From the IMG/VR virus record IMGVR_UViG_3300049009_000811, positions 1 to 64,000 of that record: a DNA stretch of 64,000 nt; one strand, given 5' to 3'. The number at the start of each line of letters is the position of its first letter. Position 1 is the first letter of the stretch. Made by a program: the position numbers and the translations under genes. The notes under the pieces are model-generated. The model worked only from the letters and a program-made list of their open reading frames with translations, was not told the DNA's origin and searched no databases. Below, piece after piece: positions 20,321-29,973 of this stretch. Source of the stretch: a virus (lineage: Duplodnaviria; Caudoviricetes).

Positions 20321-21022
20321 ATGCTGCTGGAATCACTCGAGTTCATAAACCGTTCATTGGAATCCCTGCTGCCCGAGGAGAGGGCTGTCATGGTCGACGG
20401 GGTCGTGTCCGCCATGGGCGGAGCCGTCAGGCTCACTTCCTCCGATGACGGGGACACGTTCCTGGTCTGCGGCTGGGACGACGAGATCATACGGGACGAG
20501 ACTTCCACCAGTTCCTACGGGTTCGACGACTGGATCGCGGCTTCGAGGCGTTTCGTCTCCGAGGTCATGCGGGTCAAGTGCGACAGGTTCTTCTCCGACG
20601 ACATCAAGGAGCAGACCAAGCAGATAAAGAAGGCGATGATGGGTATCTTCGACCAGGGCGTCCCGGCAATCGGCATCGACCTGGACGGCACGATCGACGA
20701 GGCTCCTGGATTCTTCGCCGACCTCAGCCACTCATGGAAGGGCAAGGTCTACATCGTCACCTACAGGGACGACGCCGAGAAAGCAAAGACTGACGCCCTC
20801 AGGCACGGGGTCCGCTGCGACGAGGTCATACTCGTCAACAGCTTCGAGGAGAAATCAAACAGGATAAGGCAGCTTGGCATCGAGTATTTCTTCGACGACA
20901 TGGACGAGGTCATCCAGCACGTCAAGCCGGAATGCAAGGTGTTCAAGGTGCGCAACGAGGGGAACTTCTGTTTCGACTCAAAGAAATGGCTGTACAGCGA
21001 CAAGACCGGCTCCCAGATCTAG
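20321..21022 (+). CDS. protein with C-terminal HAD-like phosphatase domain
   Basis: IGIDLDGTI, YIVT.R, YFFDD motifs. Confidence 0.7.
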   Translation: MLLESLEFINRSLESLLPEERAVMVDGVVSAMGGAVRLTSSDDGDTFLVCGWDDEIIRDETSTSSYGFDDWIAASRRFVSEVMRVKCDRFFSDDIKEQTKQIKKAMMGIFDQGVPAIGIDLDGTIDEAPGFFADLSHSWKGKVYIVTYRDDAEKAKTDALRHGVRCDEVILVNSFEEKSNRIRQLGIEYFFDDMDEVIQHVKPECKVFKVRNEGNFCFDSKKWLYSDKTGSQI

Positions 21023-21798
21023 ATGTTCCTGACCTTCGGCAGACCGAGTTGCTTCCTGGTCTTGTGTATCTTGCTCAGGAGTGACTTCTGCCCGGTGTGA
21101 ACGTGGGGACCCAGATCGGTCACCACTATCTCGCCCTTGTCGTCCATGCCCATGTTCTGCGGCATCGCGTCCGTGTGGAAATACCCGGTCCGCTTGTAAA
21201 ACCTGTCGTGCATGTCTATGATCGACTTGAGGTACGGCTTCAGGTACTGCTTCGCCGTCGGCTCGTTGGGGAACTCAGCCAGGACGTCGTCCGCCAGCTT
21301 GTCCTTGTCGATGTCCGAGTCCGGCACCCTCCTCAGGTTCTTTATGTCGCAGTAAGTCATGAACAGGTCAGCCGCGTGCCCGAGAGTCTTCGGGAACTTC
21401 ATGTTGACCTTGTCGTTCAGTATCGCGTACACCTGCGTTCCGGGTATCTTGTACACCGAATGGACGCGCGTGTGGGAGTCCCTGATCCCCGCCAGCATGT
21501 TTGCGACGTTCGCCTCGACCTTGTTGTCCGTGAACTTGACGACCATGTCGCCGACGAAGTAAGCCCTGCCGACGCCACCCTGCGCGTATGGCGGCACCTT
21601 CCCGCTCTCCACGTCTATACCGTTGCTGGACAGCCAGTTGAGGAAACCGTTGTCGGTCCAGAGGCGTTCGGTGTCTTCCTGCGCGCCCTTGCCCTCGAGC
21701 AGAGCCGGGGACTGGTCGAATATGCGCGTGAGGATCGAGACTATCTCCCGTGTCCTCTCCCGCATCTCGTTGCTTTCCATCCAGTTCTTGAATTTCAT
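21019..21798 (-). CDS. protein kinase-like (PKL/APH fold) protein
   Basis: QGGVGRAY, VVKFT...E, HTDAMPQNMG, VVTDLG; N-terminal MKFKNWMESNE. Confidence 0.7.
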   Translation of the reverse strand: MKFKNWMESNEMRERTREIVSILTRIFDQSPALLEGKGAQEDTERLWTDNGFLNWLSSNGIDVESGKVPPYAQGGVGRAYFVGDMVVKFTDNKVEANVANMLAGIRDSHTRVHSVYKIPGTQVYAILNDKVNMKFPKTLGHAADLFMTYCDIKNLRRVPDSDIDKDKLADDVLAEFPNEPTAKQYLKPYLKSIIDMHDRFYKRTGYFHTDAMPQNMGMDDKGEIVVTDLGPHVHTGQKSLLSKIHKTRKQLGLPKVRNI

Positions 21799-21921
21799 GC
21801 CCTATTTAGTGGTCAGTCGCTGTTTTCTGGAGGTCAGTACACCGATTTCCGGACTTAGCCGTTCGCCTTGATCCCGGCACCCTACCGCCGTAACATGAAT
21901 TTACCTTTACGGAGAAACGAT

Positions 21922-22377
21922 ATGATTGCGACCAAGAAGAACAAGGTGGTGACCAGGGGGAAGTCCTCCGTGTGGGACGTGCGAATCCTTTGCACCGAAT
22001 ATGACGGCGGGGCGCTGACGGACGTGTTCGACGGCTGCGTCGAAGGACCGCACACCGGAGTGTTCGATTTCAGGACCGAGCAAGTAAAGAGGAAGAGAAA
22101 GTCGTGGAGCAAGGAAACCGTCAGGCTGTTCGGGGAGTTCGACTTCTACGAGCACAAGTTCCTCCTGATCAAGTCAGACTATCGCCAATTTTTCAGCTGC
22201 GACGAGTACAAAATGTCGGGAGTCGAGTGGCTCCTGTGGGCAGCCAACCAGAACAAGATGCACGGTCACGCCGACAGCTTCTTTCGGAGCATCATAGAGA
22301 CGGAGGAGAGACGCCTGCGTCTCGTCACGCAGAAAACCAAGATCGACACGGACTGGGACCACTGGTATTCTTTGTAA
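21922..22377 (+). CDS. hypothetical protein
   Basis: Motif A and GGAG SD. Confidence 0.7.
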   Translation: MIATKKNKVVTRGKSSVWDVRILCTEYDGGALTDVFDGCVEGPHTGVFDFRTEQVKRKRKSWSKETVRLFGEFDFYEHKFLLIKSDYRQFFSCDEYKMSGVEWLLWAANQNKMHGHADSFFRSIIETEERRLRLVTQKTKIDTDWDHWYSL

Positions 22378-22448
22378 CCAGCCGTTCGTCCTGATCACGG
22401 CACCCTACCGCCGTGACATGACTTCAACTTCAAAAAAGGAGACTCAGA

Positions 22449-22976
22449 ATGTTGGAAAACGGCATACCGCACAAGCACTTCAAGGAGGTGCTGGAGATCG
22501 ACGCGACTTCCGCTACCGGACTCCGCTGGAAGAAACGGGACAAATCGACCGGCAACTTCAACACCCTGTTCGCGGGGAAGGAAGCCGGGTTCGTCCAGGT
22601 CTTCGGGAGCAACGAGACGAAGTACCACATCGTCAAGGTCGGCTACAAGGGAAGGGCTGTCAACTTCCCCGCCCACAGGATCGTCATGATCCTCGCCGGC
22701 AAGAAGGTCGAGGGGAAGGTCGTCCGCCACAAGGACGGCGACAGCCTCAACAACAAGCTGTCCAACCTCGAGGTCTGCACCCAGAGCCAGTTCCTCAGCA
22801 GCCGGGGGATGCAGAAGAACAACCATTCCGGGTTCAAGAACGTCGTCAAGGTCGCCGACAACAAGTTCGTCGCCCAGTTCAGCGTCAACGGGAAGAAACA
22901 CTACGTCGGATACTTCGACACCCCGAAGAAAGCCAACCAGGCTGTCCTCGAGAGGCGCAAGGCTCTGGCGGTGTAA
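22449..22976 (+). CDS. HNH endonuclease with AP2-like C-terminal domain
   Basis: AHRIV...VRHKDGDSLNNKLSNLE; NNHSGFKNV...YVGYFDTPKKA. Confidence 0.85.
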   Translation: MLENGIPHKHFKEVLEIDATSATGLRWKKRDKSTGNFNTLFAGKEAGFVQVFGSNETKYHIVKVGYKGRAVNFPAHRIVMILAGKKVEGKVVRHKDGDSLNNKLSNLEVCTQSQFLSSRGMQKNNHSGFKNVVKVADNKFVAQFSVNGKKHYVGYFDTPKKANQAVLERRKALAV

Positions 22977-23037
22977 AGCAAAAGGCTGCGGCTCGTCGTC
23001 GCAGCCTCACGTCACATCTATAGAAAAGGAAACCAAC

Positions 23038-24078
23038 ATGTCCACGGAGAAATCAGCCAGCCTTTACTTCAAGGAAGGCACGAGCGACAAGGTCTACAAC
23101 GCCACGATCGAGGATGTCGACGGCGGCTACGTCGTCAATTTCGCGTACGGCAGGCGAGGCAACTCGCTCACGACCGGCACCAAGACGACCAGCCCGGTAA
23201 GCCTGGACGCCGCCACCAGGATATTCGACAAGCTCATCAAGGAGAAGACCGGCAAGGGATACCAGTTCGTTAAGGACGGTGGTCAGTCGATACCGACCGT
23301 GACCCCGACCGACACGCCGACCCCCAGCAAGTGCGTACTGCTCAACGCCATCGACGCGGAGACCGCCGACATGATGCTCAACGGCAAGGACTGGTCGATG
23401 CAGGAGAAGGTCGACGGCGTGAGGTTCATGCTGGAGAGCAAGGGGGGGAAGCTGCGCGGCTACAACCGCCGGGGAGCGGAGGTCGCCGTGCCGAACGACG
23501 TGAGGGATCACCTCAAGGACGTCGAGGGCGACTTCACGTTGGACGGTGAGCTGGTGGGTGACGTCCTGCACTGCTTCGACCTGGTCGACGCGGGCAAGGG
23601 GTTCTCCGAAAGGTTCCGTGAGCTCTGCGCGCTGTTGCCCGTGAAGCTCGGATCGAGCGTCCGCGTCGTGAGCACCGCCGACACCAGGGACGACAAGAGG
23701 CGGCTCTACAACTCTGTAGTCGAGATGAAGGGCGAGGGCGTCGTGTTCAAGCGGAAGGACGCGATGTACGTGGTGGGGAGACCGTCGAGCGGCGGCGACT
23801 ACCTCAAGTTCAAGTTCTGTGAGACCGCGAGTTGCCAGGTCGTGAACGTCAACGACAAGAGGAGCGTGGGCATAGCCCTCAAGTCCGACGTCGGGCTGGT
23901 GCCTGCGGGGAACGTGACGATACCGCCCAACCACGAAGTGCCGACGGTCGGGTCCGTGGTCGAGGTCAGGTACCTGTACGCCTTCGAGCCCGCGACCCTT
24001 TACCAGCCGGTCTATCTCGGCGTCAGGAACGACTGTGAAGTCGACGACGCCAGGTCCGTGAAGCTGAAGGCGGTGTGA
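23038..24078 (+). CDS. WGR-domain ATP-dependent DNA ligase
   Basis: N-terminal SDKVY...YGRRG...EKTGKGY; ligase motifs EKVDGVR, LDGELV, FDL, EGVVFK, KFK; short OB domain. Confidence 0.85.
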   Translation: MSTEKSASLYFKEGTSDKVYNATIEDVDGGYVVNFAYGRRGNSLTTGTKTTSPVSLDAATRIFDKLIKEKTGKGYQFVKDGGQSIPTVTPTDTPTPSKCVLLNAIDAETADMMLNGKDWSMQEKVDGVRFMLESKGGKLRGYNRRGAEVAVPNDVRDHLKDVEGDFTLDGELVGDVLHCFDLVDAGKGFSERFRELCALLPVKLGSSVRVVSTADTRDDKRRLYNSVVEMKGEGVVFKRKDAMYVVGRPSSGGDYLKFKFCETASCQVVNVNDKRSVGIALKSDVGLVPAGNVTIPPNHEVPTVGSVVEVRYLYAFEPATLYQPVYLGVRNDCEVDDARSVKLKAV

Positions 24079-24079
24079 C

Positions 24080-24508
24080 ATGGCTGACAAGGTGAGCAAG
24101 GAGACGAGATCGCGGATGATGTCCGCGGTCAGGGGGTCGAACACCAAGCCCGAGATACTTGTGAGGCGTTGGCTGCACGCCCTCGGGTACAGGTTCAGGA
24201 TCCACGTGAAGGGTCTCCCGGGCAAGCCGGACATCGTGATGCCCAGCCGGCGGGCTGTGGTCAACGTCAACGGCTGCTTCTGGCACATGCACGACTGTGA
24301 AGGGTTCAGGATGCCCAGGAGCAACGTGAGTTTCTGGCGCGAGAAGTTCAGCCGCAACCGGGAACGTGACGAGGCGAACCGGGAAGCGCTGCTGGGGATG
24401 GGATGGAAGGTCGTGAACGTGTGGGAGTGCGCCGTGAAGGCTGGCGACTGCTCGGACGTGATAGACAGGGCGATAAGGTCGGGCGAGATGCTGGTGGACG
24501 TGAGGTGA
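24080..24508 (+). CDS. vsr: very short patch repair endonuclease
   Basis: RSRMMSAVRGSNTKPE, LPGKPDIV, GCFWHMHDC, GWKVVNVWEC. Confidence 0.92.
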   Translation: MADKVSKETRSRMMSAVRGSNTKPEILVRRWLHALGYRFRIHVKGLPGKPDIVMPSRRAVVNVNGCFWHMHDCEGFRMPRSNVSFWREKFSRNRERDEANREALLGMGWKVVNVWECAVKAGDCSDVIDRAIRSGEMLVDVR

Positions 24509-24514
24509 ACACGG

Positions 24515-24548
24515 AAAAGCCCGGGAGTCTTTTGACTCCCGGGCTTTC
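24515..24548. terminator. bidirectional terminator between convergent genes
   Basis: AAAAGCCCGGGAGTC-TTTT-GACTCCCGGGCTTT. Confidence 0.8.
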
Positions 24549-24556
24549 GTTGCGAT

Positions 24557-24961
24557 TCAGGACTTGAAGACGTTCCTCCCGACGGTGACAAGGCTTCCGA
24601 ACTTGCCCCCGTCCAGGTTGCCTCCGCTGGAGTCGGTCCAGTTCGGCGTGACCCGCGGGTTGAACTTCACGATCTTGTTCTCAGCCATTTTCTGGAAAAT
24701 CCCGAACAGGCGAGCCTGGCTTTCCGCGGACACCGTGTTGGGTATCTCGGACACCTCTAGCGACTCGCACTCGATCCACGCGCAGACTGTCTTGTGACTG
24801 CCTTGGTGTATCTTGCTGGCGGCGCCAGCCTTGTTTATCAATGAACACCCGTTCATCTGTAGGCTGAAAGCCTCTGGCTTGTAGTAGCGCACCGAGCGAC
24901 CGTCGCGGACCTGCCAGTGCATGAAGTGCTCGCCGTTGGCGAGGTGGAATCTTACTTTCAT
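24557..24961 (-). CDS. conserved phage hypothetical protein
   Basis: KVRFHLANGEHFMHWQV, KTVCAWIEC, FNPRVTPNW. Confidence 0.75.
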   Translation of the reverse strand: MKVRFHLANGEHFMHWQVRDGRSVRYYKPEAFSLQMNGCSLINKAGAASKIHQGSHKTVCAWIECESLEVSEIPNTVSAESQARLFGIFQKMAENKIVKFNPRVTPNWTDSSGGNLDGGKFGSLVTVGRNVFKS

Positions 24962-25012
24962 CTTTCTTTCTCCTTGAGTTGGGTTTTCGTCACACGAAGA
25001 TCGGGTTCACAA

Positions 25013-25162
25013 TCAAGAGACCTCTCTCTCCAGATCGTCGAATTTGTCGTAAAGTTCCCTGAGTTCCTTTGCGTACACCGGATCTAAATCATGATTCAAA
25101 ATCTCATAGCTCAAGCTATTGCCTATCATAGAGATTTCATCTGCCGTCAACTGTACGTTCAT
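25013..25162 (-). CDS. small AT-rich hypothetical protein
   Basis: Minus motif A and AAGGAG SD. Confidence 0.65.
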   Translation of the reverse strand: MNVQLTADEISMIGNSLSYEILNHDLDPVYAKELRELYDKFDDLEREVS

Positions 25163-25227
25163 ATTTCTTTCTCCTTGAGTTGGGTTTCCGTCACACGAAT
25201 ATCGGGTTCCGTCCAGCCGGTGAACGG

Positions 25228-25518
25228 CTAGAGGCGGTAGAAGTGGTACGACCACGAGAATCCGCGGTCCCACCAGAAGCCGTGCTTCCGCGCGACCTCG
25301 TTGAGCTTGTCGACGGTCATGTCGCCCGCGCGACCCTTGCCGTACCCGTTCAGCAGGTGGTGAAGCTCGCCCTCGCAGACGAGGGTGAACACGGAGCCAT
25401 CCCCCACGCTCTCGCCCCTGTCAGCCCACTCCTCTTGGCTGTAGACGTTGGTGTCGTCGTACTTTTTCGCGAGGTCGTCGAGAACCTTGCGCATCTTCTT
25501 CTCGTCGCATATCACCAT
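25228..25518 (-). CDS. hypothetical protein
   Basis: Minus motif A and SD; stop TAG overlaps next motif. Confidence 0.75.
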   Translation of the reverse strand: MVICDEKKMRKVLDDLAKKYDDTNVYSQEEWADRGESVGDGSVFTLVCEGELHHLLNGYGKGRAGDMTVDKLNEVARKHGFWWDRGFSWSYHFYRL

Positions 25519-25600
25519 GTCTCGGTCTCCTTGAGTTTGTTTCCCATCACACAACCATCGGGTTCCGGGTCGTCCGTGAACGGCTCGGGACGGTTTACCG

Positions 25601-25825
25601 TTACTGGATATAGATGCCAGCGTTCGTCCGAATGCGGTATTCGGCTTCTTCCTTGGCGGCTTCCACCGATTCGCACTTGAACTGGTAGCCGTTGATGATC
25701 AGCGTGACGCCATCGGCGTCGTCTGGCTCCAAGATGTTCGCGCGGACGCCCTTGTACGTTGCCCTGTGGATGGCGTGCTTGACGCCGTTGGTCTCTCCCC
25801 GATCGACTTTCCATTCTGTATCCAT
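25601..25825 (-). CDS. hypothetical protein
   Basis: Minus motif A and AAGGAG SD. Confidence 0.7.
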   Translation of the reverse strand: MDTEWKVDRGETNGVKHAIHRATYKGVRANILEPDDADGVTLIINGYQFKCESVEAAKEEAEYRIRTNAGIYIQ

Positions 25826-25897
25826 CTCGTACTCCTTTGTTTCTCGTTTCCCACCACACAACCATCGGGTTCCAGACGGCAAACGAACGGCCGTGCC

Positions 25898-26010
25898 GAC
25901 GAAGCCCCGAAACGCCACCTGTTTTCGACGATCTCCTTGAAACCGACTTCTGATGTTATTTAGCCAGAGATGTGCGAAAAATGGCACATGGCTTGGCGAG
26001 CCGTTCACCG
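25898..26010. repeat. divergent-junction element (second copy at 47938-48050)
   Basis: GACGAAGCCCCGAAACGCCACCTGTTTTCGACGATC ... GGCACATG.C.TGGCGAGCCGTTCAC shared by both copies. Confidence 0.85.
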
Positions 26011-26125
26011 AAGGTCTGGCACCCGATGGTTGTGTGGTGTGCGACTCAAACCTTCCGAGCCGTTCGCAGACGACCCGGAACCCGATGGTTGTGTGGCGGG
26101 TAACTTAACTCAAGGAGACCGAGAC

Positions 26126-26446
26126 ATGGCAGACAAGATGGCTGGTTGGATAAATAATGTGGAGTGTTTGGAAGCCAGTGGCGCGTTGTACGATCTAGTC
26201 GGCACGCGGGGCATGCTCCGCATCGACAAGAAATGCAACGAGTCGGCTGTCAACTGGTACGACGGCGGCATGGGCGTGTGTTTCGAGCGGAAACGCACCA
26301 CCATGAAGGGCGGTGTGTGTACCATACACACTAAGCTGGGCAACCGGCTGGTGTTCAAGGTCAAGGAGGTGGCTTCAGAAGCCAAGCTCAAGGCTGCGGA
26401 GTTCTGGAAGGGCATACAGTGCCTGCAGAGCAAGGCGACCCACTAG
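26126..26446 (+). CDS. hypothetical protein
   Basis: Motif A and AAGGAG SD. Confidence 0.7.
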   Translation: MADKMAGWINNVECLEASGALYDLVGTRGMLRIDKKCNESAVNWYDGGMGVCFERKRTTMKGGVCTIHTKLGNRLVFKVKEVASEAKLKAAEFWKGIQCLQSKATH

Positions 26447-26519
26447 GTCGCCGAGCCGTTCGCCGAAGGTCTGGAACCCGATGGTTGTGTGGCAAGTAAC
26501 TTAAAAAAAGGAGAACGAA

Positions 26520-26900
26520 ATGGGCATGGGATATTCAGCTTGTAAGGTTGTAGCAATTAAGTACGAGTACATCAAAGAGCTTTGTCCCAAAGAGATTGGG
26601 GCAATCGAAGCTCATGAAGAATTTGAAGGTTGGGGTAAATTGGCTTTGTATATGGTGTACGAATTTGAAGATGCGGAAGCTTTTGCTCCACTTGTCGACA
26701 ATTTGATCAACGCATTTAAGACTGCCACAGGGCTTGGCATGTCCTTGACTCAGTACGATTACGATAGTGGCAGCAGATATGACGAAGTGGAACACAAAGA
26801 AGGTTGCATATTTGAAGTTCTGGATGTTTATGAATTGACACCAAAAGCCAAAAGACTTAAGAAAAAGCTTCACTTTGGAAGCTATGTGGTGTTCGGTTAA
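26520..26900 (+). CDS. hypothetical protein (AT-rich)
   Basis: Motif A and SD; followed by terminator and motif B. Confidence 0.75.
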   Translation: MGMGYSACKVVAIKYEYIKELCPKEIGAIEAHEEFEGWGKLALYMVYEFEDAEAFAPLVDNLINAFKTATGLGMSLTQYDYDSGSRYDEVEHKEGCIFEVLDVYELTPKAKRLKKKLHFGSYVVFG

Positions 26901-26905
26901 ACGGG

Positions 26906-26940
26906 AAGCCCAGGTCAATCGCCTGGGCTTTTTCCTTTTT
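26906..26940 (+). terminator. intrinsic terminator (recurrent AAGCCYAGG/CCTRGGCTT type)
   Basis: AAGCCCAGG-TCAATCG-CCTGGGCTTTTT; related hairpins near 40886, 43065, 44875, 47139, 47465, 48275. Confidence 0.8.
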
Positions 26941-27049
26941 CCGGGAAACCGGTGTACTGACCTCCGGAGCCAGTAACCTAGACCAGGAGAGCCGTTCGCC
27001 TGGAGCACGGAACCCTACACTCGTAACCCAACCTCAAAAGGAGAACGAC

Positions 27050-27388
27050 ATGATAGAACTGAAACAAGGCTACGAATTGATCGACATATCCGTCAAGTGC
27101 CAGTCCCAGTCCTGGTACTGGCAAGAGATACGCGACTACGGTGGCGTCAAGCTGCGAGCCAACATCCAGCGCAACGCCTACGATGACCAGTCGTACGCCA
27201 ACATCGAGCAGTTCTCCGACCAGAAGGGCTGGCTCGTCGTCGCCTCGCATCCGATCACGAAATATTCCGTCAGCAAGATGTCGTATGTCTGGGAGATGAC
27301 GGACGACAGGCGAGATCTGTTCAGGGATTGCGCCGACCGGCTTTTCAAGCTTGGCGAGGCGTTCATCGGCTTCGACGGGAAAAGCTAG
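27050..27388 (+). CDS. hypothetical protein
   Basis: Motif A and SD; RNAYDDQSYA; ends GKS-stop in motif A. Confidence 0.75.
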   Translation: MIELKQGYELIDISVKCQSQSWYWQEIRDYGGVKLRANIQRNAYDDQSYANIEQFSDQKGWLVVASHPITKYSVSKMSYVWEMTDDRRDLFRDCADRLFKLGEAFIGFDGKS

Positions 27389-27454
27389 CCGTTCGCCTGG
27401 AGTTCGGAACCCTACCATCGTAACTTGACTCAACCCTAACAGGAGAATCGAAAT

Positions 27455-27742
27455 ATGTCCGCTAAAAGCAAAGCCGAAAAACATGCCGACACGCTTGCTG
27501 GCATGATAGACGGCAAAGATGACGATCTGGCTAAGACGCTTGAACCCATCAGAAAGTTCTTGTTGAGCCTTGATAAAGCCGAAAAAACAAAGTCGGCTTC
27601 CGACTCCAAGCTCGTGGCGGCGGCGCCAGAGTTGCTGGACGCGTGCAGGTATCTTCTGGCAAACGCAAAAGCAGAAGGATGGAGCGAGTTTATGCTTGGC
27701 GACGCACGTTCTGCCATCGCCAAGGCGACGAGGAAAAGCTAG
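27455..27742 (+). CDS. AAPELL/AIAKAT-family phage protein
   Basis: LVAAAPELLDAC...ARSAIAKATRKS. Confidence 0.75.
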   Translation: MSAKSKAEKHADTLAGMIDGKDDDLAKTLEPIRKFLLSLDKAEKTKSASDSKLVAAAPELLDACRYLLANAKAEGWSEFMLGDARSAIAKATRKS

Positions 27743-27805
27743 CCGTTCGCCTTCCGTCTGGCACCCTACCGTCGTGTGGCGAACAAACTTAAAAAGGAGA
27801 ACGAG

Positions 27806-28018
27806 ATGCACAGTTTCAAGGGTCGGGTATCAAAGAAGGATTTCGAGGACATGCTGGTCAAGGAGTTCGGCTCTGACGACCTCAACTCCAGCGTCCACTC
27901 CGAGGCAGCCTGCCCCGTGATGACCCTCTACTACCTGGGGGACATCCATGTGGGGACTTGGCAAGGCGGGGAGGGATGGACATTCAAGAGGAACATCAAC
28001 CAGGGGAGGACGGCATGA
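27806..28018 (+). CDS. hypothetical protein
   Basis: Motif A and SD. Confidence 0.7.
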   Translation: MHSFKGRVSKKDFEDMLVKEFGSDDLNSSVHSEAACPVMTLYYLGDIHVGTWQGGEGWTFKRNINQGRTA

Positions 28019-28185
28019 ACAAGTACCTGTGCGTTTATTTCGGCACCAAGGTGGAGATCAAGGCTGAAAGCCGCAAGGAAGCCTTGGAGCAGATGGTCGA
28101 GATGCTCGGCATAAGGAAGAAAAGCCAGCCCAAGGTGATGGTGCTGCTGATGGAACGCAACGGCGAGAGCATATTCGCCAGCTAG
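28015..28185 (+). CDS. small hypothetical protein
   Basis: GGAGG SD, ATGA overlap with previous gene; IKAESRKEA. Confidence 0.65.
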   Translation: MNKYLCVYFGTKVEIKAESRKEALEQMVEMLGIRKKSQPKVMVLLMERNGESIFAS

Positions 28186-28231
28186 CCGTTCGCCAGCCAA
28201 ACGTAACCCAACCCTAACAGGAGAACGAAAG

Positions 28232-28627
28232 ATGAAGATGATAAAAAAGTTAAAAAAGGAGGTTGTTTTCTCTGACAGCAACAAGAGGGACTGCCACATC
28301 GTCAACAGTAGTCTGGTTTACCCTGACGCTGTTTGGTTCGGTCTGAGTTCACCGCGAGGACAAAGGCTCCATCTTACCCAGGATTGCATGGACGACCTCG
28401 TCAAGGGCATCGAACTGATCAAGAATGGGGCAAAGAAGTTCGACGGGCTTGACCACTACAAATCCAGATACACCCTCACCCAGAACAATGGCGGCTTCCA
28501 TCTTACGGTGACAAGCGAATTCGGGAAAAAAAAGGTTAGTCGCGCGAACTTGATGTCGTTCGATCTCGAGTCCGCGGAATCGGTCTACGATTTACTGAGC
28601 GACTTCAGAGTCGGATACACAATCTAG
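28232..28627 (+). CDS. hypothetical protein
   Basis: Truncated motif A and SD; begins MKMIKKLKKE. Confidence 0.7.
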   Translation: MKMIKKLKKEVVFSDSNKRDCHIVNSSLVYPDAVWFGLSSPRGQRLHLTQDCMDDLVKGIELIKNGAKKFDGLDHYKSRYTLTQNNGGFHLTVTSEFGKKKVSRANLMSFDLESAESVYDLLSDFRVGYTI

Positions 28628-28688
28628 CCGTTCGCCCTTCAACCGGAACCCTACAAACGTAACCCAAACCCTAACAGGAGAACGAAAG

Positions 28689-29876
28689 ATGTCTACTTGC
28701 GAGAAGAAGCCCAAGAATAAGTGGTCAGTTCCACTGATCAACGCGGGAAGACTTACCGGCGACGTGTCCAACATCTGGGGCGACGCCAAGCACATCGAGG
28801 GCGACGCGTCCAACATCAGCGGTCACGTGTCCGGTCACTGTGACAACATGCACATCAAGGGCGATGTGAGCAAGATCAGGGGCGACGTGTCCGAGATATG
28901 GGAGGACGTGAGCAAGATCAGTGGCGACGTGTCCGGTCTCGAGGGCAACATGACTGGCATCCGCGGAGACGTGTCCGAGCTCAGAGGACAGGTGTCCGGT
29001 CTCTGGGGCGACGTGTCCAACATCTGGGGCAGTTTTTCCGACTTTGTCCAGATTACTGGCGACGTTACGAAGCTCATGGGCGACGTGTCCGGGATCTATG
29101 GCTTTGTGTCAGGTATCAGCGGCGACATGTCGGGGATCGAGGGGTCTGTCGAAGAACTGGTTCGCCAGGGCAAGCTGAAGCGTTGTGGGTTTTGGACGGG
29201 CAATCCAGACCAACCGGAGAAGACCGAGAAGGAACTTTTAAACGCGGGCAACCTCACCGGAGACGTGTCCGGGATCTGGGGCGACGCGAAGAACATCAAG
29301 GGCGAAGTGCGCAGAATGACAGGTGACGTGTCTGGTCTCTATGGCTATGTGTCTGGTCTCAGGGGCGACGTGTCGAACATCTATGGCGACCCGACTGACA
29401 TTAATGACTATGTTACGAAACTCAGGGGCGACGTGTCGAACATCCATGGACAAGCGAATCTTATCTGTGGCGATGTCACGAACATCAGGGGCGACATTTC
29501 CGGTCTCGAGGGCGACGTTTCCGGGATCAGCGGCGACGTTTCCGGGATCGAGGGCTGGAACGTGGTGTACAATGGCTGCAACACCGGTTTCCAGAGCGAC
29601 GTATCCGGTCTCAGGGGCGACGTGACCGGGATCGAGGGCTGCATGAAAGGACTCTCTGGCGATGTCGAAGACCTGGTCCGCCAGGGCAAGCTGAAGCGTA
29701 CAGGCAAGCTGGAGCCGGAACCAGAACCGGAATCGAAGGAAACCAAGCAGTACCTCCATAATCTCAAGCTCAATGCGCCAGACGAGATCAAGGCGCTTAA
29801 GGAGGCTCGCCTGGTCGAGGTCCTCGACGAGATCAAGGTACGTCTCGACGAGATCAAGACGTTGTTCGGCAAGTAG
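28689..29876 (+). CDS. GDV heptapeptide-repeat protein, paralogue 5 (two repeat domains)
   Basis: Two LxNAGxLTGDVS caps, two VE(E/D)LVRQGKLKR caps, tail RLVEVLDEIK..LDEIKTLFGK. Confidence 0.88.
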   Translation: MSTCEKKPKNKWSVPLINAGRLTGDVSNIWGDAKHIEGDASNISGHVSGHCDNMHIKGDVSKIRGDVSEIWEDVSKISGDVSGLEGNMTGIRGDVSELRGQVSGLWGDVSNIWGSFSDFVQITGDVTKLMGDVSGIYGFVSGISGDMSGIEGSVEELVRQGKLKRCGFWTGNPDQPEKTEKELLNAGNLTGDVSGIWGDAKNIKGEVRRMTGDVSGLYGYVSGLRGDVSNIYGDPTDINDYVTKLRGDVSNIHGQANLICGDVTNIRGDISGLEGDVSGISGDVSGIEGWNVVYNGCNTGFQSDVSGLRGDVTGIEGCMKGLSGDVEDLVRQGKLKRTGKLEPEPEPESKETKQYLHNLKLNAPDEIKALKEARLVEVLDEIKVRLDEIKTLFGK

Positions 29877-29973
29877 AAAATCAGGAAACCCCGGGTAACT
29901 CCCGGGGTTCCAGCCGTTCGCCCTATTTCTGGAACCCAACAAACGTAACCCAACCCTAACAGGAGAGTCGAAG

